Shown one piece after another: positions 36,878 through 51,959 of a stretch of DNA of 64,000 bases. The notes under the pieces are model-generated. The model saw nothing but the letters and a program-made list of their open reading frames with translations, did not search any database and was not told the DNA's origin. Each line of letters starts with the position of its first letter. The stretch's first letter is position 1. Source of the DNA: Adineta vaga. Its lineage: Eukaryota; Animalia; Rotifera. The position numbers and the translations under genes were made by a program. The DNA lies in the NCBI GenBank assembly GCA_021613535.1, contig CP075492.1, positions 20,088,001 to 20,152,000 on the forward strand. The letters run 5' to 3'.

Positions 36878-39800
36878 TTAAAACCATTCTGAAAAACGCA
36901 TCTGCGTTTCGATGTAGAGTTTTTCTAGACTTTGCATCTCGGCGACTTGAGATTTATTGGATTTAATCAGCAAGACTTTGTAATCGAAATGTCGCAAAAT
37001 AATTAAGTCAGTTAAACGTTTGACTCTTGATAATAGTACATAGACTGCAGCGATATCATCTGTATCCTTTGGTAACTTTAAATCAATTACAACATTATTT
37101 AAAGTTTGTCCCTGACTTTTATGGATTGTGATAGAATAGGCGGGCACAAGAGGTAATGCGCGTCGCTTTATCGATAACATTGTCTTTCGATTTGTTCTTG
37201 ACTTTTTGTTGTTCATTTTCGGAATAATATCAGAAATGTCAACCTGAAATGTTTGTTTCATTATTGCTATTGGGACAAGTTTTGGTTGAAGTTTTTCAAG
37301 ATTACATTCAATTTTTGCTTTTCTTATTTCGACCAATTCATATATTGGCTTGTGCACATATGTAGTGTTCATTGGAAACGTTTTTGATAGACTATCTGTT
37401 GACACTGAATCAAGATCATCAACTAGTTGTCTAAAAGATTCCATTTATGCCATTAATTAATCCCAGTTCAACAGCAATATTTTCTGTAAGAATAACCGGC
37501 ATTCAGGAACTAACGGTAACAACCCGGTAAGTGTTCTGTCTTACTATCAGATAATTCTAATCATTTTTTCACAAGTGTCGGCTCCTCCACAGCCTTGCCT
37601 TTACAAAATCCTGAGCAACACATACCATTAGATTGGAAACAGCTTCTACTGCATTATGAATTGCCGACTTGTGGTTCAACTGCGTTCGTATTTTATCTAA
37701 ATACAAGCATTGGTGCCTAAAATAAGAAAAAAAGCAATATAAAATATGTTTGTGTAGAATAAAGTATATATGGTTACTTGATTCCATGGTGGTTCACGAA
37801 GAGATACTGATGATTGTCCGACAACCCGCGTCAATAATAATTCGTAATCTTCATTACATTGGCTCTGACGATGTCGCTCAAGTAATTGAAGATATCGTAG
37901 ATCTTCTGTTCGCATCTGTTGAGTAAGTTTTACCACACAATTAATTTGTAGAATTAACGAACGTGCCACACGTTGTTGGATTTCTTTTCTGAAGGTAATT
38001 TATTAAATTTCTTTTGTTTTCCGACGAAAAGTCCAGTGTGTAACAGGGCATCGTATACGGGTCGATACTGTAGATAATCACCAAAGAATATAACGTTTAT
38101 ACCACCAGATACAATTTGAGCATCGGTATGTTTCATGACACAAAGAATTCGGTTGAGTTTTCCGAGTAAAAGTCAAACCAACCATACTGATTTCATCAAC
38201 CAAGAGATATTCTACAAGTGTCCATTCTTTTTCAAGTTTCAAGTCGCCTGGTTTAATAGTTCTTGGCTTTCCAGAATGGCGTTGTTCCCCTAAAAATGAA
38301 TGAATAGTCATACCACCAATTTCAGCAGCTGCAATTCCAGTGGGTGCTAGCTTTCGCATCTTTTGTATTCTGTTTGTAATAACAAAATATTCAGTAACAG
38401 CACGAATAAGTTGTGATTTTCCTGTATCACCACATCCGGGTATACACATGATGAGTTGACCATTGTTACCTCCTATATGAATGATATTTTTCAGTTTATG
38501 ATAATAAAAACTATATGCATGAACATACCTGCAAGTGACTGTTTGTCACCATCAAGATGACTTGTTATTATCATAAATGCAGCTCTTTGCTCTCTGTTTG
38601 GTGTATATTGATCAACAATAGTCTTTTGATTACAGTATGTTGTACTTATTACTGGAAACAACTGAAAGAATTGAGTTATAATTATCAAATATGTTTATAT
38701 TTGAACTAGTTGAATTATCAGTGTTACAACTGTATCTTCTATATCGTCATTATTTGACTCGTCATCTGTTTTATAATGTTTGCCAGTGATTAAATTTCGT
38801 CTAACTCGTTCTCTTTCAATTTTCAATTGTTCTTGCCATTTAGTATTGAGTCGAACGAGATCAAATGTTGAAGGAACAAATGGTAATATCTGTTGATAAT
38901 TATCAGCATATGATGCATTTATTAAAATTTGATTTGATGCTGAAAGGAAATAACATTATTTTAAAGCTGAGTCGTTACGAATTGATATTGCCTACTGTGT
39001 GTATGAGAGAATCGTCCCATTTTTCTACAGTTTCTATAGTTTCTTCAATATATACATATTCTGTTGATTTTTTGTGCTGCTCATTGCAACTGTAGTAGAA
39101 TCATTTAAATTACCGAGCAATTCAAGTAAATCTTCACTATCACTTGTATCATCATATTCATCTTATGCACTTTGATTTTTGGAAATAGCTCGGGATCGAT
39201 TGTCATTCTCAACGAGCTTCTGTAATAACTTTGACTAAATGTTCATCTCGGTCTTTCTTACATTCATGTAAAATTTGAATATTATCGATGATATTCCACG
39301 GTGTGCAGATATATGTGCTGACGAGACTTAAGTGCATCTTCCCAATTCTGGTTCACATCACAAAGATCAGATACAGTTCTCCAAGGCATAAAAGTGTAAG
39401 AATAGCTCGGCAATACCGTTCTCGAGTGTCTTCGCGATCTCGCCGAGGTATTTGAGGACCATACAGGATGGGTACACGATATTCAGTATGTTTCATCATT
39501 AAGTAGGTTGTTGCTTGAGGGTGTTGTTTTCGAAGGAAATCGTTGATTAGGTGGTCGACCTCTTCGATTATCTTGCTCTTCTCTTGTTATAGAACTATCA
39601 GCTAAATATTTTAAGTCCGCTGCATTGATTTTTTCTTATAAAATGCACTAACAAAATCGTATAAGCATATATTCTCGAGTATCAGATCGATACTGATAAT
39701 CAATCCGTCCGTTAACTAGCACAAAACTGTTTCCATTTTCAGAAGATTGAATTTGAAAATTTTCTTTATTATTATTTATATCGTTTGCATTCTCATCATT

Positions 39801-40930
39801 GAGCACATTGTCATTATGGTCATCATCATTATCATCCATTACATCTATGTGTGAAAAAAAAAAAGATATTTTCGTTGATTTGATTTTTATGATTGCACAT
39901 GTTCACGTTTCTAATAATAAGGAAGAATTTTACTGGAATAACTCTATTCAATTCCTGTGACTTATTTACTTGATATATTTGATGTGACAACAATTTTTTT
40001 TATCACAGCTGGACATCGTGTTAAATATCTCATTATGTCTTCCTACGTGATGAACGTATTCTTTTTCCTTCCTCTAAATCTCATTGATTGTTTATATAAC
40101 AACTGTCTCTTCTTTTTCTTTCATTCTTCCGCTCATTACAGCATGCACATTATGTCTTGATTGATTTTTCTTTTTCTTCTCTTCTCTTTCTCTTCTCCCT
40201 CTCTCTATCTCTTTCTATCTCTCCTCGCGTTTGAAGATAGAAGAAGAATTCTCATATGAAAAAAATGTAACTATAAGAGAAATGAATTGCAACAAATCAT
40301 CATACTACCGTATGAATTTGTTTCTAGATTTCGTTTGACACGTAATTCATTCAATTCTGCCTGCAAGTATCGTTCAGTTTGAATTAGATAAAGTCCTTGA
40401 AATTTGTGTGTCGTATAATCATCGTCCCGATTCATAAGATAGGAAGCAACGTGCACTCCAGATAATTCTTGTTGAGACGCAAGTGTATTGTAGCAACGTA
40501 AAACGAATTTACGTGATCTTTCAATAGCACTGTCTTTATTGTCCGTTTGATTCGAAATGTCTCGAATGATGTAACATTTTTGTATGAGAGAATGTGTCGT
40601 GAAAGAAAGACTGGATTTTGTCACATAATCTGTAATATAATAGACGAGAGCTTTAGCATCGCTCCCTGTCCAAATAAATTTGATGTCCATGTTAGAACGA
40701 CATGCGGATATGATATATTCGTTAAAATTATTAATCATCGGATGCGATCGTCGCATACGTATATCACCTGTTTCAGGATCGATCATTGACTTTAGCACTA
40801 ATTTTTGTGGCAAACGTAGTCGACAAATCCTTTTGCCGTTGTAAATAGCATCATAGTATTTGTAACAGGTATCAATGTGGCAGTGAGTGTTCTGTACTTC
40901 AACTAGTAGTACTACATCAGCACGAAATCA
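36878..40930 (-). mobile_element. Helitron/Helentron Rep-helicase pseudogene (Pif1-family helicase + C-terminal Rep region), 5'-truncated
   Basis: GCGDTGKS, LVDEISMV, FFGDYLQYRPV, LTQQMR, AYSITIHKSQGQTL and YVLLSRV. Rep-side motifs HP.INNFN, RSNMDIKFI and VYYITDYVTK. Many frameshifts. Confidence 0.88.
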
Positions 40931-42299
40931 CCTGAAGAGGTGGGATTTACACCCTGAACATATTTCAACACCTTTATTCGTTCATACACTCCTCCCTTCA
41001 CCCCTCATCTTGTCATATCCCCATCCACACACCGTTTACCGTTCAACACTCCTGCCTTCACCCTCATCTTATCATATCCCCATCCGTTCTCCTATCATTT
41101 ACTCGCATTTCTACTCAATTTCAACTATTCAACACCATTTACAAGCTATTTCATTATCTAGGTCAGCAAACTTCTTTTTGTGCAATCACAAGATGAACAG
41201 ACAGACATACTTGTTGGAATTCTCCCATGTTTGAGGGTGCTTCGGAAGGCCCAGTCAATACGAATTGATGAACAGATGGTTGAAGACAAGATGATTTCCT
41301 TGATAGATCGATACCGGATCGGATGAGTTGAGTTCATCGAATTGAGGCGAAAGAAATTCTTGAGAAGCAGACTACTTTCGACGTTGAACATACCGATAAA
41401 CACAAAGATACTTGTTTATCTATCTCGTTCTCGCATATTTGTCTATTAGCAGCATCGGTTGATGGTATTTTCTTTTCGAATAGATGAACGTCGATAAGGT
41501 CGAATTCTTTCTTAAGGGGGCGCCGTTGTTTTTCAGCCAGGGCGATTGCATGCAGTTATAAAATTGGAAGAATGTGCTTCGTACAGTTGAATAGATTCGA
41601 TCATGACGATAACACCTCATAGTTTTGCGCATTTGATATTGTAGTTGTCGATGCGAACATCTCGCTTAATGCTCTCCAGATTATGTACATACACTGTGAT
41701 TTTCGTGGCATTTGTTGGAGCATGTTGTTCTTATTGTTGCTGCTGCCGCCGCTATTAAAGACGAAGAATCCATGCGGTGGCGGCGACGACATATCCGTTA
41801 ATAATACAGATCTTCTCGAATAGGTCAAGCAGTACCATCTTGTCCAATCCGTTTTCGTTTATTAATTCGCGACCATTTTGTTTCAGTTGGTGATTTCGTC
41901 AATAAACCAATACTCTACCGATGAGATACAACAAGGAGAACGTTTCCAAAGTATAATCATTCATCTTACCACATGTGATCTCTACTGTTGTTAGAACACA
42001 CAGGAACACCACCACCACGCCAATGCCGTTGATGACGATATATTCGAGGCAATATCATTATCTAAAACAGAAATTCAACAAAATCTTTTTTCTCGAACCG
42101 ATAACCATCATCAGGCTAACCTTTGCTACGTGCATGAATAAATATTACCACCATCACACTTCCCATCGATCTATTCAGTCGACATAATCATGGAATGTTT
42201 GGTCTTGTTCAACGTTCAACGGCCGCTGCTTTTGATCAACGTCCATACTCACAAACCAAACGCCAACACATGCAATCCGATTGAACCCGTATCAATTAA

Positions 42300-44528
42300 C
42301 CCCTTGGGGACGGGCGACGTATATATACGTCCAGCTTCAAATAAGCTCGTAAATAATTAAAATATACCTGTTTGTATGTTTTTTATGAGTTGCCACCACA
42401 TAAATCGTTAATCTGCTATATCACTATTCATACAATGACCTTATTCACCTTATTCCTTTTGCACTTATACCCATAACTTCTGTTCTTTCCTTACGTCATC
42501 TTCCACTGATATCGTATACGGCTTATTTCTTATTTATCTACGCATACATTCTCTCTTTCATTATGGATTTTCTTTATTTTCTAGTACATTGTCTTCATGT
42601 CGATTTCATTTATATACATATTGTTACAGTCATATCTTCATACGTCTTTACGCATTCTTTCACATCACATCTTGTTTTTCATTATACACATTCTTTACTT
42701 CTTTTTCTTTTGTTCTTCATTCGAATAAGATACAACGTGAGAATGGCATTCTCTCATATATATAAATGTATTTTTATCTGGTAGTAGTGAACTACGACTT
42801 TTAAATAAAGAACGTAATAAAACACTTTACACGCTTTCTGCATCTTTTCTAATTCAAAATGGCAACATCCAGAAAGCGCAGCTACAATGAAATTGATGAG
42901 ATTTCTAGTGATGAATCAGAAACTGAATCAGAAATTGAAACTGATGGTGAAACTGGAAGTGAAGACGACTCTGGTAACTCGGATGTTGAGGATGCGATGG
43001 ATGTCGAGGATGATGAAAATACTCCTTCAGTTCACACATACAATCACACATCAAAATCGTGGCAAAAAGGCAATTTTGGACCAACTTTCTTTTCATTTCA
43101 AGACAATAATTGTGGTGTAACTGCTAATCCAGATGAGAATACACCGTTAGACTTTTTCAAAATAGTTTTTGATCCAGAACTGATACAGGTGACTGCTGAT
43201 AAGACAAATCAATTTCAAGTAGATTCTGCTGATAAGCATTCATCCCCACATCAAGCTAAATGGTATTCAACTAATCTTGAAGAGATATATCTTTTTTTGG
43301 CGACCTTCATGTTGATGGCTCATATGAAAAAATTCCGAGTCAAAGATTATTGGTCCGTTGATCCTTTGATTGCAACGCCAATATTTAGTGATATTATGCC
43401 GAGAGATAGATTTTTGCTCCTTTTGAAATATCTGCACTTCACTGATCTAACTCAACCCAAAGGTGACAGATTATACAGAATCAAATTTGTTGTTCAACAT
43501 TTGAAAGAAAAATTCAAACAAATTATGATTCCGTATAGAAACCTCTGTATCAATGAAAGTTTAGTACTTTGGAAAGGACGTTTATCTTTTAAACAATATA
43601 TTCCATGAAAACGACGTCGCTTTGGAATAAAGTTATTTGTTCGATGCGACTGTAGTACTGGATTTATTTTGGACTTTGTGATTTACACAGGATCTCAAAC
43701 AGAAATTCAACGTAATAACCATCTCGAATTCCAGGTTCGATTATAATGACACTTATGCCGTACCTTTAGAGGTCATAAGTTATTCGTTGATAATTGGTAC
43801 ACAAGTCCACGTCTTTTCGAGCTGTTGCATGCGAATTCTACTGGTGCATGTCGTACAGTTCGACGAAACCGAATCGGAATGCCAGATTTTAAGAATAAGT
43901 TGAAAAGAGGTGAATACGAACATCAACACACTGATATTCTACTTTGTGAACGATGGTTCGACAAATGTGAAGTTACAATACTCTCAACAACACATAAACC
44001 ACAGGTGGCAAGTAGTGGAAAAGTTCACTACGCTACTGGTGAACAAATTCAGAAGCCTGAGTCTGTCAAGAACTATATTGAAAATATGAGCGCTGTTGAT
44101 AGGTCTGATATGCAGATTAGTTATGTTGAATGTGTCAGAAAGACAGTGAAATGGTATAAAAACTCTTTTCCATTTACTGGATATATCCATCCTAAATTCA
44201 CACATTCTATACAAGCGAAAACTGGTAAAACGATTCATTCTTGTGACTTTCGATTACAGCTGATTCGTCAAATTATCGAAACTTACGGAAAACCAAAGCG
44301 CCGACAGGACGACCAACCACTGGAGACAATCCTGTTAGACTTATCGCTCGCCGTTTTCCATCACTTATACCTTCAACATTGACCAAACAAAATCCTCAAA
44401 GAAAATGTGTCGTTTGTGCGAAAACAACAAGAAGAACTAAAAAGCGAACTGACAGTAGATACGAATGTACTGAATGCGATGTGGGACTTTGCGTTTCTGG
44501 TTGTTTTCAAGATTATCATACACTCTAA
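42300..44528 (+). mobile_element. piggyBac-like element 1 (left end + defective transposase 42859-44528); right end not located
   Basis: TTAA-cccc start. MPRDRF, CINESL (D to N), KGRLSFKQYIP*, FVDNWYTS, VDRSD and a C-terminal Cys-rich domain. Confidence 0.85.
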
Positions 44529-45706
44529 AAAAAATTGGTGCTCTACGAAACCTTGAAAGTTTCGAATTGCTTTGCTAAACGTTTTTAAGTTCCGTAGATT
44601 GAAAATAGTTCTGTGATGTGTTTTTAGATCTTAATTAAGTTCCGTAAGTTTCATAGGGTTTTGTATGAATTATACCGTACCATGAAGAGGTACTGCAAAG
44701 TGTTTCAAGGTTCTGAACTTCACTCAATAATCTATCGAGAGGTTTTGTAAAATACGCAATAGCTCGAAAGGTTTTGTACAGTACTAATGAAGCCTTTAAA
44801 TGCATTTGAAAGGTTCGGCTACAAGAATACCGAGACCAATGCATGGTTTTGCTAGACATCAAAAAGGTTTTCGAACCGTGCAATATAGAAACCACTGTTA
44901 GTTAGATGACCTACTTCAATCGGTTATTTTTTTTCCGTATGAGCACACTCGAAACCTTGATAGTTTCTTAAAAGCGTTCAGTAGATTCATTAACATAACC
45001 TTCAATAGTTCTGCAGTATTAGCTGATGGTTCCGTAGCTCTCAACAACCGAACCTTTTTTGTCTACAATGCAGCAGTAATAGTCCGGAAGCATTCAATAC
45101 CGAACCCTTTAAGGGTCCTTGGCACAGTACGATGCGTATGCGCAGCTCTTGCCCACTGAAATCTTTTAAATATACAATGCAACAATAAAGTTCGGTAGGT
45201 AGAACTTATAGCTCTCAGTAGTTCTGTATCTCTCACACCGAACTATTTTAAATCAATGATGCAACAATAGGGTTTGGTAGATTCTATACGTAACCTTCAA
45301 TGGTTTCGAACATTATCTGATCGGTCTATAGCTCTTCTCTGAATTCAATAGTAGTTCTATATTAATTACTAGAAGATTTACACTCTTCTAAGAGATAATC
45401 ATAAATTATTTCATAATGATTTGACACTATGGCACTGCATATAAAAACCTATGTGAAAATATTATCTAATTATCAAAGAATCAGAGAATAACGTTCAAGC
45501 TACAATACTACAAGTTACGTTGGTTAATTTGAGATTGTTGTACGAAAGAAAATAATATTAGATGACCGAAAGGAATGGAAAGATAAGAGATATTAAGCTC
45601 GATGCTTCAAATAGTCACTAATAGATAAAGAGTTTCTTGATATAAAATATTCAGTATGGAGATAAAATATGCCAAAATGATTATTTCTTGACTGCTGGTT
45701 ATTTAA

Positions 45707-47829
45707 CACATTCGAGGGCGATCGTGGCCCACCGGTGGGCCACGCTATATTTTAAGAAGAAACTGTAGGGAAAAACACTTTCTTCTGCGTTTTTCTTCGG
45801 CAAAAGGTTAAATATTTTATTTCATAACACGATGCTTCTTGTTAAAACATTCAATACAAAAAAACTTATCACATTCAGAACAAAAAGTTTTTACTTTTTT
45901 TGCTGCCGCATATCTCGCTTCTCTTGATTGTACTTTCCTTCCTTCTTCATAACAGCCGGTGCAGCGTCTTCGAACATTGCGTGCATATCCTTCTATTTCC
46001 TCTAGCTTATGATCAGCTAGTTTGCGTTTCAGATGACCTGTCGATTGTTGTCTTGGACCGGGTTTCAGATTTTCAATAGATACACCAAGGAGTAAAAGAT
46101 CGCACGACACTCTCACGGAACTGCAGGATCGTTATGTCATCTGTTGCATAGTTTTCCTTGTATATCAAATAACTATTCACTATTGATGTTCCAAATATCA
46201 ATTCAAATGCCACCCTTTGGTACCATTTTATCGATCGCCTTAGACATGTGTAGTACGCCGATAGTTGATCCGACAAATCTGTACCTTGTCTTCCTTTATT
46301 GTAATCGAGTACAACTTTTGGTTTCATAACCCGTTCGTTAGATGACGTGGTTTTTCTAATGTCCACGAGCGAAGATGTATGAGAGGGTTTGGTAGATATC
46401 ATCAAAACTTCTCTTTTATCTTTCCATTTGATCAACTTAATACCATCGCCGTTCTGCAGTCCATAAGTTTCGCCTTTCTTGAGCTGTTTCTGGACAACTT
46501 CTTTACCGGATTTAACACGATTACTTCTCAGTGTTCCAATGAGGTAGGTATCATTTTTTCCAATAATTGTTTGGCGAGAGCAATATTCGTAAAAAAAATT
46601 GTCAGCTACTACAGTTCGATAACATCCAAAAAGATCTTCTCAATAATTGTATGGTAACTGTTTGGGAGTGTCCGAGGTTAGCCACTGGATTTTGTTTTCC
46701 TGTATAAATTACAAAATTCCAAGTATATCCATTGGTGTCTGCTGCTTTGTACATTTTAACTCCATATTTGTGGGCTTTGCCTGGAATGTATTGCTTGAAG
46801 GAGAGTCGACCTCGCCACGGTACCATTGTTTCATCAACCGTAACGACAGGACAAGGCATATAAATCGACTTAAATCTAGCTTTCAGTAGGATCAAAAGTG
46901 GATTCAACTTCGCTAGTCTGTCTTGATTTCTATCGTTTTCCTCGTTGTTCGAAAAATGAAAGAACTTGAGAAGTAATTCAAATTTGTCTCTCGACATTGT
47001 GTTTTGAATAATTTTCGATCCATACAGTTGACTTTTACTCCAGTAATAGTCCACTTTCGGCATTTGTACCAAACCCATCTGAATAATAATTCCCAAAAAT
47101 TTTAGCATTTCTTCATGAGTATTTGGTTTCCATTGAAGGGTTTTTGATCGTTTGCTAAGTTCTTGGTTTTTTAAGTGTTGTTGTGCATATCGATTCGTTT
47201 CACGAACCATTAGACTAATAATTTCGTCAGTAATAAAATGTCGATAGCAATCAACAGGATTGATTGTATTATCTTCCGAAGTTGGTGTTATTTCTTCGAC
47301 GATTCCATGATCTTCTAGAAATTCACCATCCGATTCTTGTTCTATTTCATTCCAGACTTGTGAATCTAAGTCATCATCAGTAACTTCTTCGTCGGAACTT
47401 GAAGATTCGAACTGCATTGCAGCAAAATTATTATCTAAGGAACTCACGTCACTCAGTGAGTTTTCACTATTTTCTGTATTCGTTTCTTCAGACGACATAT
47501 AAATCAGCGTAAAACCTCAGTTATTTTGATATAAATGAGAGAAAAGAATCATAGATAATGTTACAAAGAGAACGCAAAAGAAAAAAACGAAATTTTATTT
47601 CACTATCTCGTTTCTACTGCGTAATACATATACAAAAAAAAACAAACGTAAACAATTAGCAGATGCGATGAGAAAGAGGATAATCTACATGTGAATATTA
47701 ACAAGACGAAAGAAAAAAAATTATTGTACTCACTGAAAAGGTCAATGAGTGTATTTATCGACGATAAATATACATGAAAATCAATCAATAAAAAATTTTT
47801 TTTACCAAAATTGAATCGCCTCGAATGTG
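45707..47829 (-). mobile_element. piggyBac-like element 2, full length; transposase 47498-45817 with frameshifts
   Basis: TTAA on both sides; TIR cacattcgagg(g)cgat. VDETM, QYIPGKAHKYGVK, TDLSDQ and a Cys-rich tail. Confidence 0.92.
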
Positions 47830-48309
47830 TTAAATACTGAAGTTCTATAGGTTTTATGTTTAAAATTCATAATCGTCTTTTATATTTATTTTGTTGATGA
47901 TATTGATCGAATTATTTATATTTCTGTTTGTTTTCAATATCAATTTTGTAAAAAATATCCAGTACTGACTGATTCAAACTTCTATTAGAAATAAATAATC
48001 AACTAAATATAAGTCCAATGTTTATCAATCGTTATTTTTGAGTTGTCAACTTAATAATTATATTAAACTATACGCTTTGTCAGATTATTGTTTATTATAT
48101 TGACTTTTCTAACCTATCCACAGAAACGTATTATTTGTTTTCATATTTTAACTCTATTGGTAAGTAATTCTTTTCCCAGTTCAAAAACAAATAGACGTTG
48201 TATCTGTTTTTTGTTCTGATTGAAAATGTAGCTATGAATTCTATTTCAGATCCAATTTATTACGTTCAGCAGAATGAAACGTTCGTCGCAAATGAAACAA
48301 TATTTGCTT

Positions 48310-49761
48310 TTTTCGAGGTGAGGTTTTGCTTTGTTTTATTCAGGGTCCAAAGCCGTCAAAGTTCAAAGGTCATAAAACTAGATTTTTTCGGTAATCACAA
48401 TAAAACTTAACCAAGAGGGTAATCGAGGTCAGGGATGACGAATTTGATGTTAGTTTTGACTAATTATTAACTAATTAGCTTATTAATTATTAATTATTAA
48501 CATTTTTTTTTAAACTTGACTAAAGGGTAATCGAGGTCAAGGATCGCGAATATGAGGTTAGTTTTAACTAATTATTAATTAATTAGCTAGTTAATTAACA
48601 ACTATTAATATTTTCTATAAAACTTGACCAAAGGGTAATCGAAGTCGAGGATCACGATTTTGATGTCAGTTTTTCGAACTTTTCTCAGGATCTCTCTCCG
48701 TCGACCGAAAGGAGGGTATCGTGTCGAAAAAAGTGACGAAAAAAACAGAAATTCGTTTACATCTATGTAGATCTATCGTATGTCACAGGTCAGGTTTTTC
48801 CATATACAGAGAATCTTTAAGTCCCAAACTAGGGGGTACCACTGAGTCTTCAGATCGTACTTATAGTGGTACCGGTAAACGGTTTTGTACGTTAAAAACT
48901 CAAATGTACTACAATGTAGAAGATGTAATTGTGAATCTAACTGGAGGAGTGTTTTTTGAGCGATCTGTAAAAATGACTGGTTTTGTTTTGGCTCACTCTT
49001 CCATATTATATCATGAAAACCTCTAAGGAACGAAAATATCTGATGCAAAGTCATTGCATGTAATGTGTTTTAAACGACACACATCTAACAAATCTTTCGC
49101 ACTTTACAGTGTTTTCAGAATCAAACTGATAAAAGATTGAAAGTTGAGTGCAGTTGTTGCGTCTGCAAATTTAACCACGAGGAACGATTGATTGTGGGGG
49201 AAACCTCGCGGAACGACTGGCCGTGAGTGGTCGACCGGAGCGGAGACCGACGAACGACCAGTCGCCTTATCGAACAAGCCGTTTTAAAATTAAAACGTCG
49301 AGTATTGAGCCTAAACTGTTTCGGATGAGCTTTCAAAATAACTGAATCGATTCTGTCATTTGAGCGCGTATCTATGTACGATAGGTGGATAAGTTCTCTG
49401 GTGTTTTAATTGTAATTCAAGTTATGCTGGCCACGAGAATAAACTATGGATCGCAACGGATAGTTATGAGGTAACAGTCGGAGAAAGACCGAGGAACGGG
49501 TAAACGTTGATGTTAGATTCATTGTTAATACAATACATGAGAGTTTTCATGCTTTGAATACTCTCGAATGATTAGATCAGAAGGAAAAATATTTGTTGAT
49601 GAAATTGGACGTTGGAGCAAATGATTACTTCAACAAGTATACCTGGTTTATAAAAATATGCACTTGCAAAGAAAAGCATTATAGGAAAACTAATCAACAA
49701 ATTCCATTCGTCAATTCTTCAGTCGAGGGTTAAGCGAGTCTGCCTCGACGAGCGTTACTAG
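48310..49761 (+). mobile_element. Putative non-autonomous rolling-circle element with ~107-bp tandem repeats
   Basis: Repeats at ~48404, 48512 and 48619 (aacttgaccaaagggtaatcgaggtc...). 3' hairpin gtcgagg..cctcgac followed by CTAG-T. 5' end uncertain. Confidence 0.5.
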
Positions 49762-50431
49762 TTCTTAACATTGGTTACACATTTCACCTTCAACAGTCGC
49801 ACGTGGACAAAATATAAATATAAATAGTTTTGTGTGCTATTCAATATGGTGTAGGTGTAAGGGTGTCGGTGGGTGCCATATTTTCTGGATTTAAACCTTA
49901 CGCTCACTTATTTTTCTTCAAAAAATAAATCTGAGTTGCACAAAAGCTATTTATTGGAAGAACCTGAACAAACGAATTTTCAATTCCAAATTAAATATTT
50001 TTGATCATAGTTTGGGGAATATATTAGTGAAATTATTTAATATTGAGTTGATAAGTTTACCGGACGCCTTCCACTATTCCATTCATTTTTTATTAACTCT
50101 TTCGATCTAAACAATGGTCGATTATTTACTCCCAAGCCATGTAATTCGATGACGTTCCATTTGGATACGACGGAATTAAAATCCTGCAATAATATGACGC
50201 TTCCATGGGATTATCCGACGAATAATTTAACCATCATTATGGAGACATCTGTCACACAACGGCGTCAATCATATACTATTAACTTTGAAGATCATTCTAA
50301 CTTAGAATGTAAGATGTATCGAATCTGATATATGGCGAAGAAACTGAGTTGAAATATACTGACACATCTCAATTACAAAAGTCAGATTGTAACTACCAAC
50401 TTATATTGAAACTACAGTATAACTAAAAAAG

Positions 50432-50753
50432 TGCACTACCGAACCCGTCGAAAATGTTCTGTAGATTATAAAAGCTTTAGAATGCGACGATAAATCGAAT
50501 GCAATGGTTTTTAAAATCTACAAAACCTAGAAAGGATCTGACGGCGGGCACAGTTTCCGAACCATCGTTTACGAAAACCTTTTTTAGCTTTGCGGAACTT
50601 AGAATAGTTTCCCAGACGATGGTCTGGAGATTGTGCCCACCGTCAGATCTTTTTCAGGTTTCGTAGATTTTTGAAAAGCATTGTATTCAATCTGTCGTCG
50701 CATTCTTAAGTTTTAGAATCTACGAAACCTTTTCGACGGGTTCGGTACTGCAA
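50432..50753. repeat. Foldback inverted repeat, ~150-bp imperfect arms
   Basis: tgcactaccgaacccgtcgaaaa... mirrored by ...ttttcgacgggttcggtactgca. Confidence 0.85.
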
Positions 50754-51959
50754 CTCTTTTATTTACATGTGGTCTTTCGAAATATTGTATAGGAACTTAT
50801 CAAAAATTGTACGAACATAAATATGAAAGAAATAATAATCGAGTTCTAGCGACATGCGATGTTAAAGAAGATTTGATTGAATCGTTATTTTTATTTCCAT
50901 TGCATATAATGGGTATTCGTTCGCAACGTAAATATACGAAAAAGCACTCATTTAACACCTTCCACTGAACTGTGAAAAAAAAGAATTCTCCGATATTATA
51001 GACCAAGTTAACGCCTAGAAAAAAAATTGATGAAAATTATACTTGAAAAGAATGCTTCATAATTCATTTAAAATTTCTAAGGTCTGTCACAACAAGTTTT
51101 TATTACTGAGTGACAAATTTCCATTTTTTGCATCTATTGCAACAGATAGATTTGAAGCATTGTGTGAATTTGATGATGTTGGAAGTCATAGAATATCCCA
51201 TTTTTGCATATATAACATAGATTATTTATTATTTTTATTTAATTTTAAAAAGTACATTTTAACACATAAGAACACTAACTATGAATAATATATGATATGA
51301 TAAATTTTTACTGTTAGAAATCTTTACCATAAATCATGTCTAATACATATAAACATATATTTACACATGTATCGTAAGAGTTCATTGCATAGTTTGATTT
51401 TTTTTTTAGATTCAGACAAAACTAATATCGTTGTTTAAGTATTGTACCACTTCATCGATGTCATTGAAACATTTTTCCATGTGATTATTTAAAATTGATC
51501 TCGATATTCATTAAAATTCGATGGATTCAGTTCTGCATTTCCATTATAGAACGTAGAAATTGGTGAATAGTTATTACAGTAATTATTATTAATGTGATTT
51601 AATTGACGTTCATCGGTGTCAAATTGTTCAAATAAATCATCCATTTTAATGTCGCTGTAAATATCTACATCGTCGTGTTTTTCTTCCTTTATGAATATAA
51701 CATCATCATCTACCTTTTTTTCTTCCTTTATGAATATAACATCATCATCTACCTTTTTTTCTTCTTTTTCAATTATAGACGACTGACTTTTCTGTCCACA
51801 ATACATACAATTGAACGTTTGGTGTGCAGAACAAACTGTAGGTCCAGAAATAAAACTGCGAAAGCATCATAGCTGGAATTGGAATTAGGATAGCAACTGG
51901 CGTATTCATCACAATTAAAATATGTTAAGAGAGATGCAAAAAATATCATTGAATAATAT

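Noticed and set aside
49720-49733. gagggttaa as the right end of piggyBac 1
   Set aside because: Matches only ccc of the left TIR (ccccttgggg), and lies within another hairpin.
49848-49906. Another telomere-like hairpin
   Set aside because: Very degenerate with no adjacent gene; counted only as a weak possible copy.
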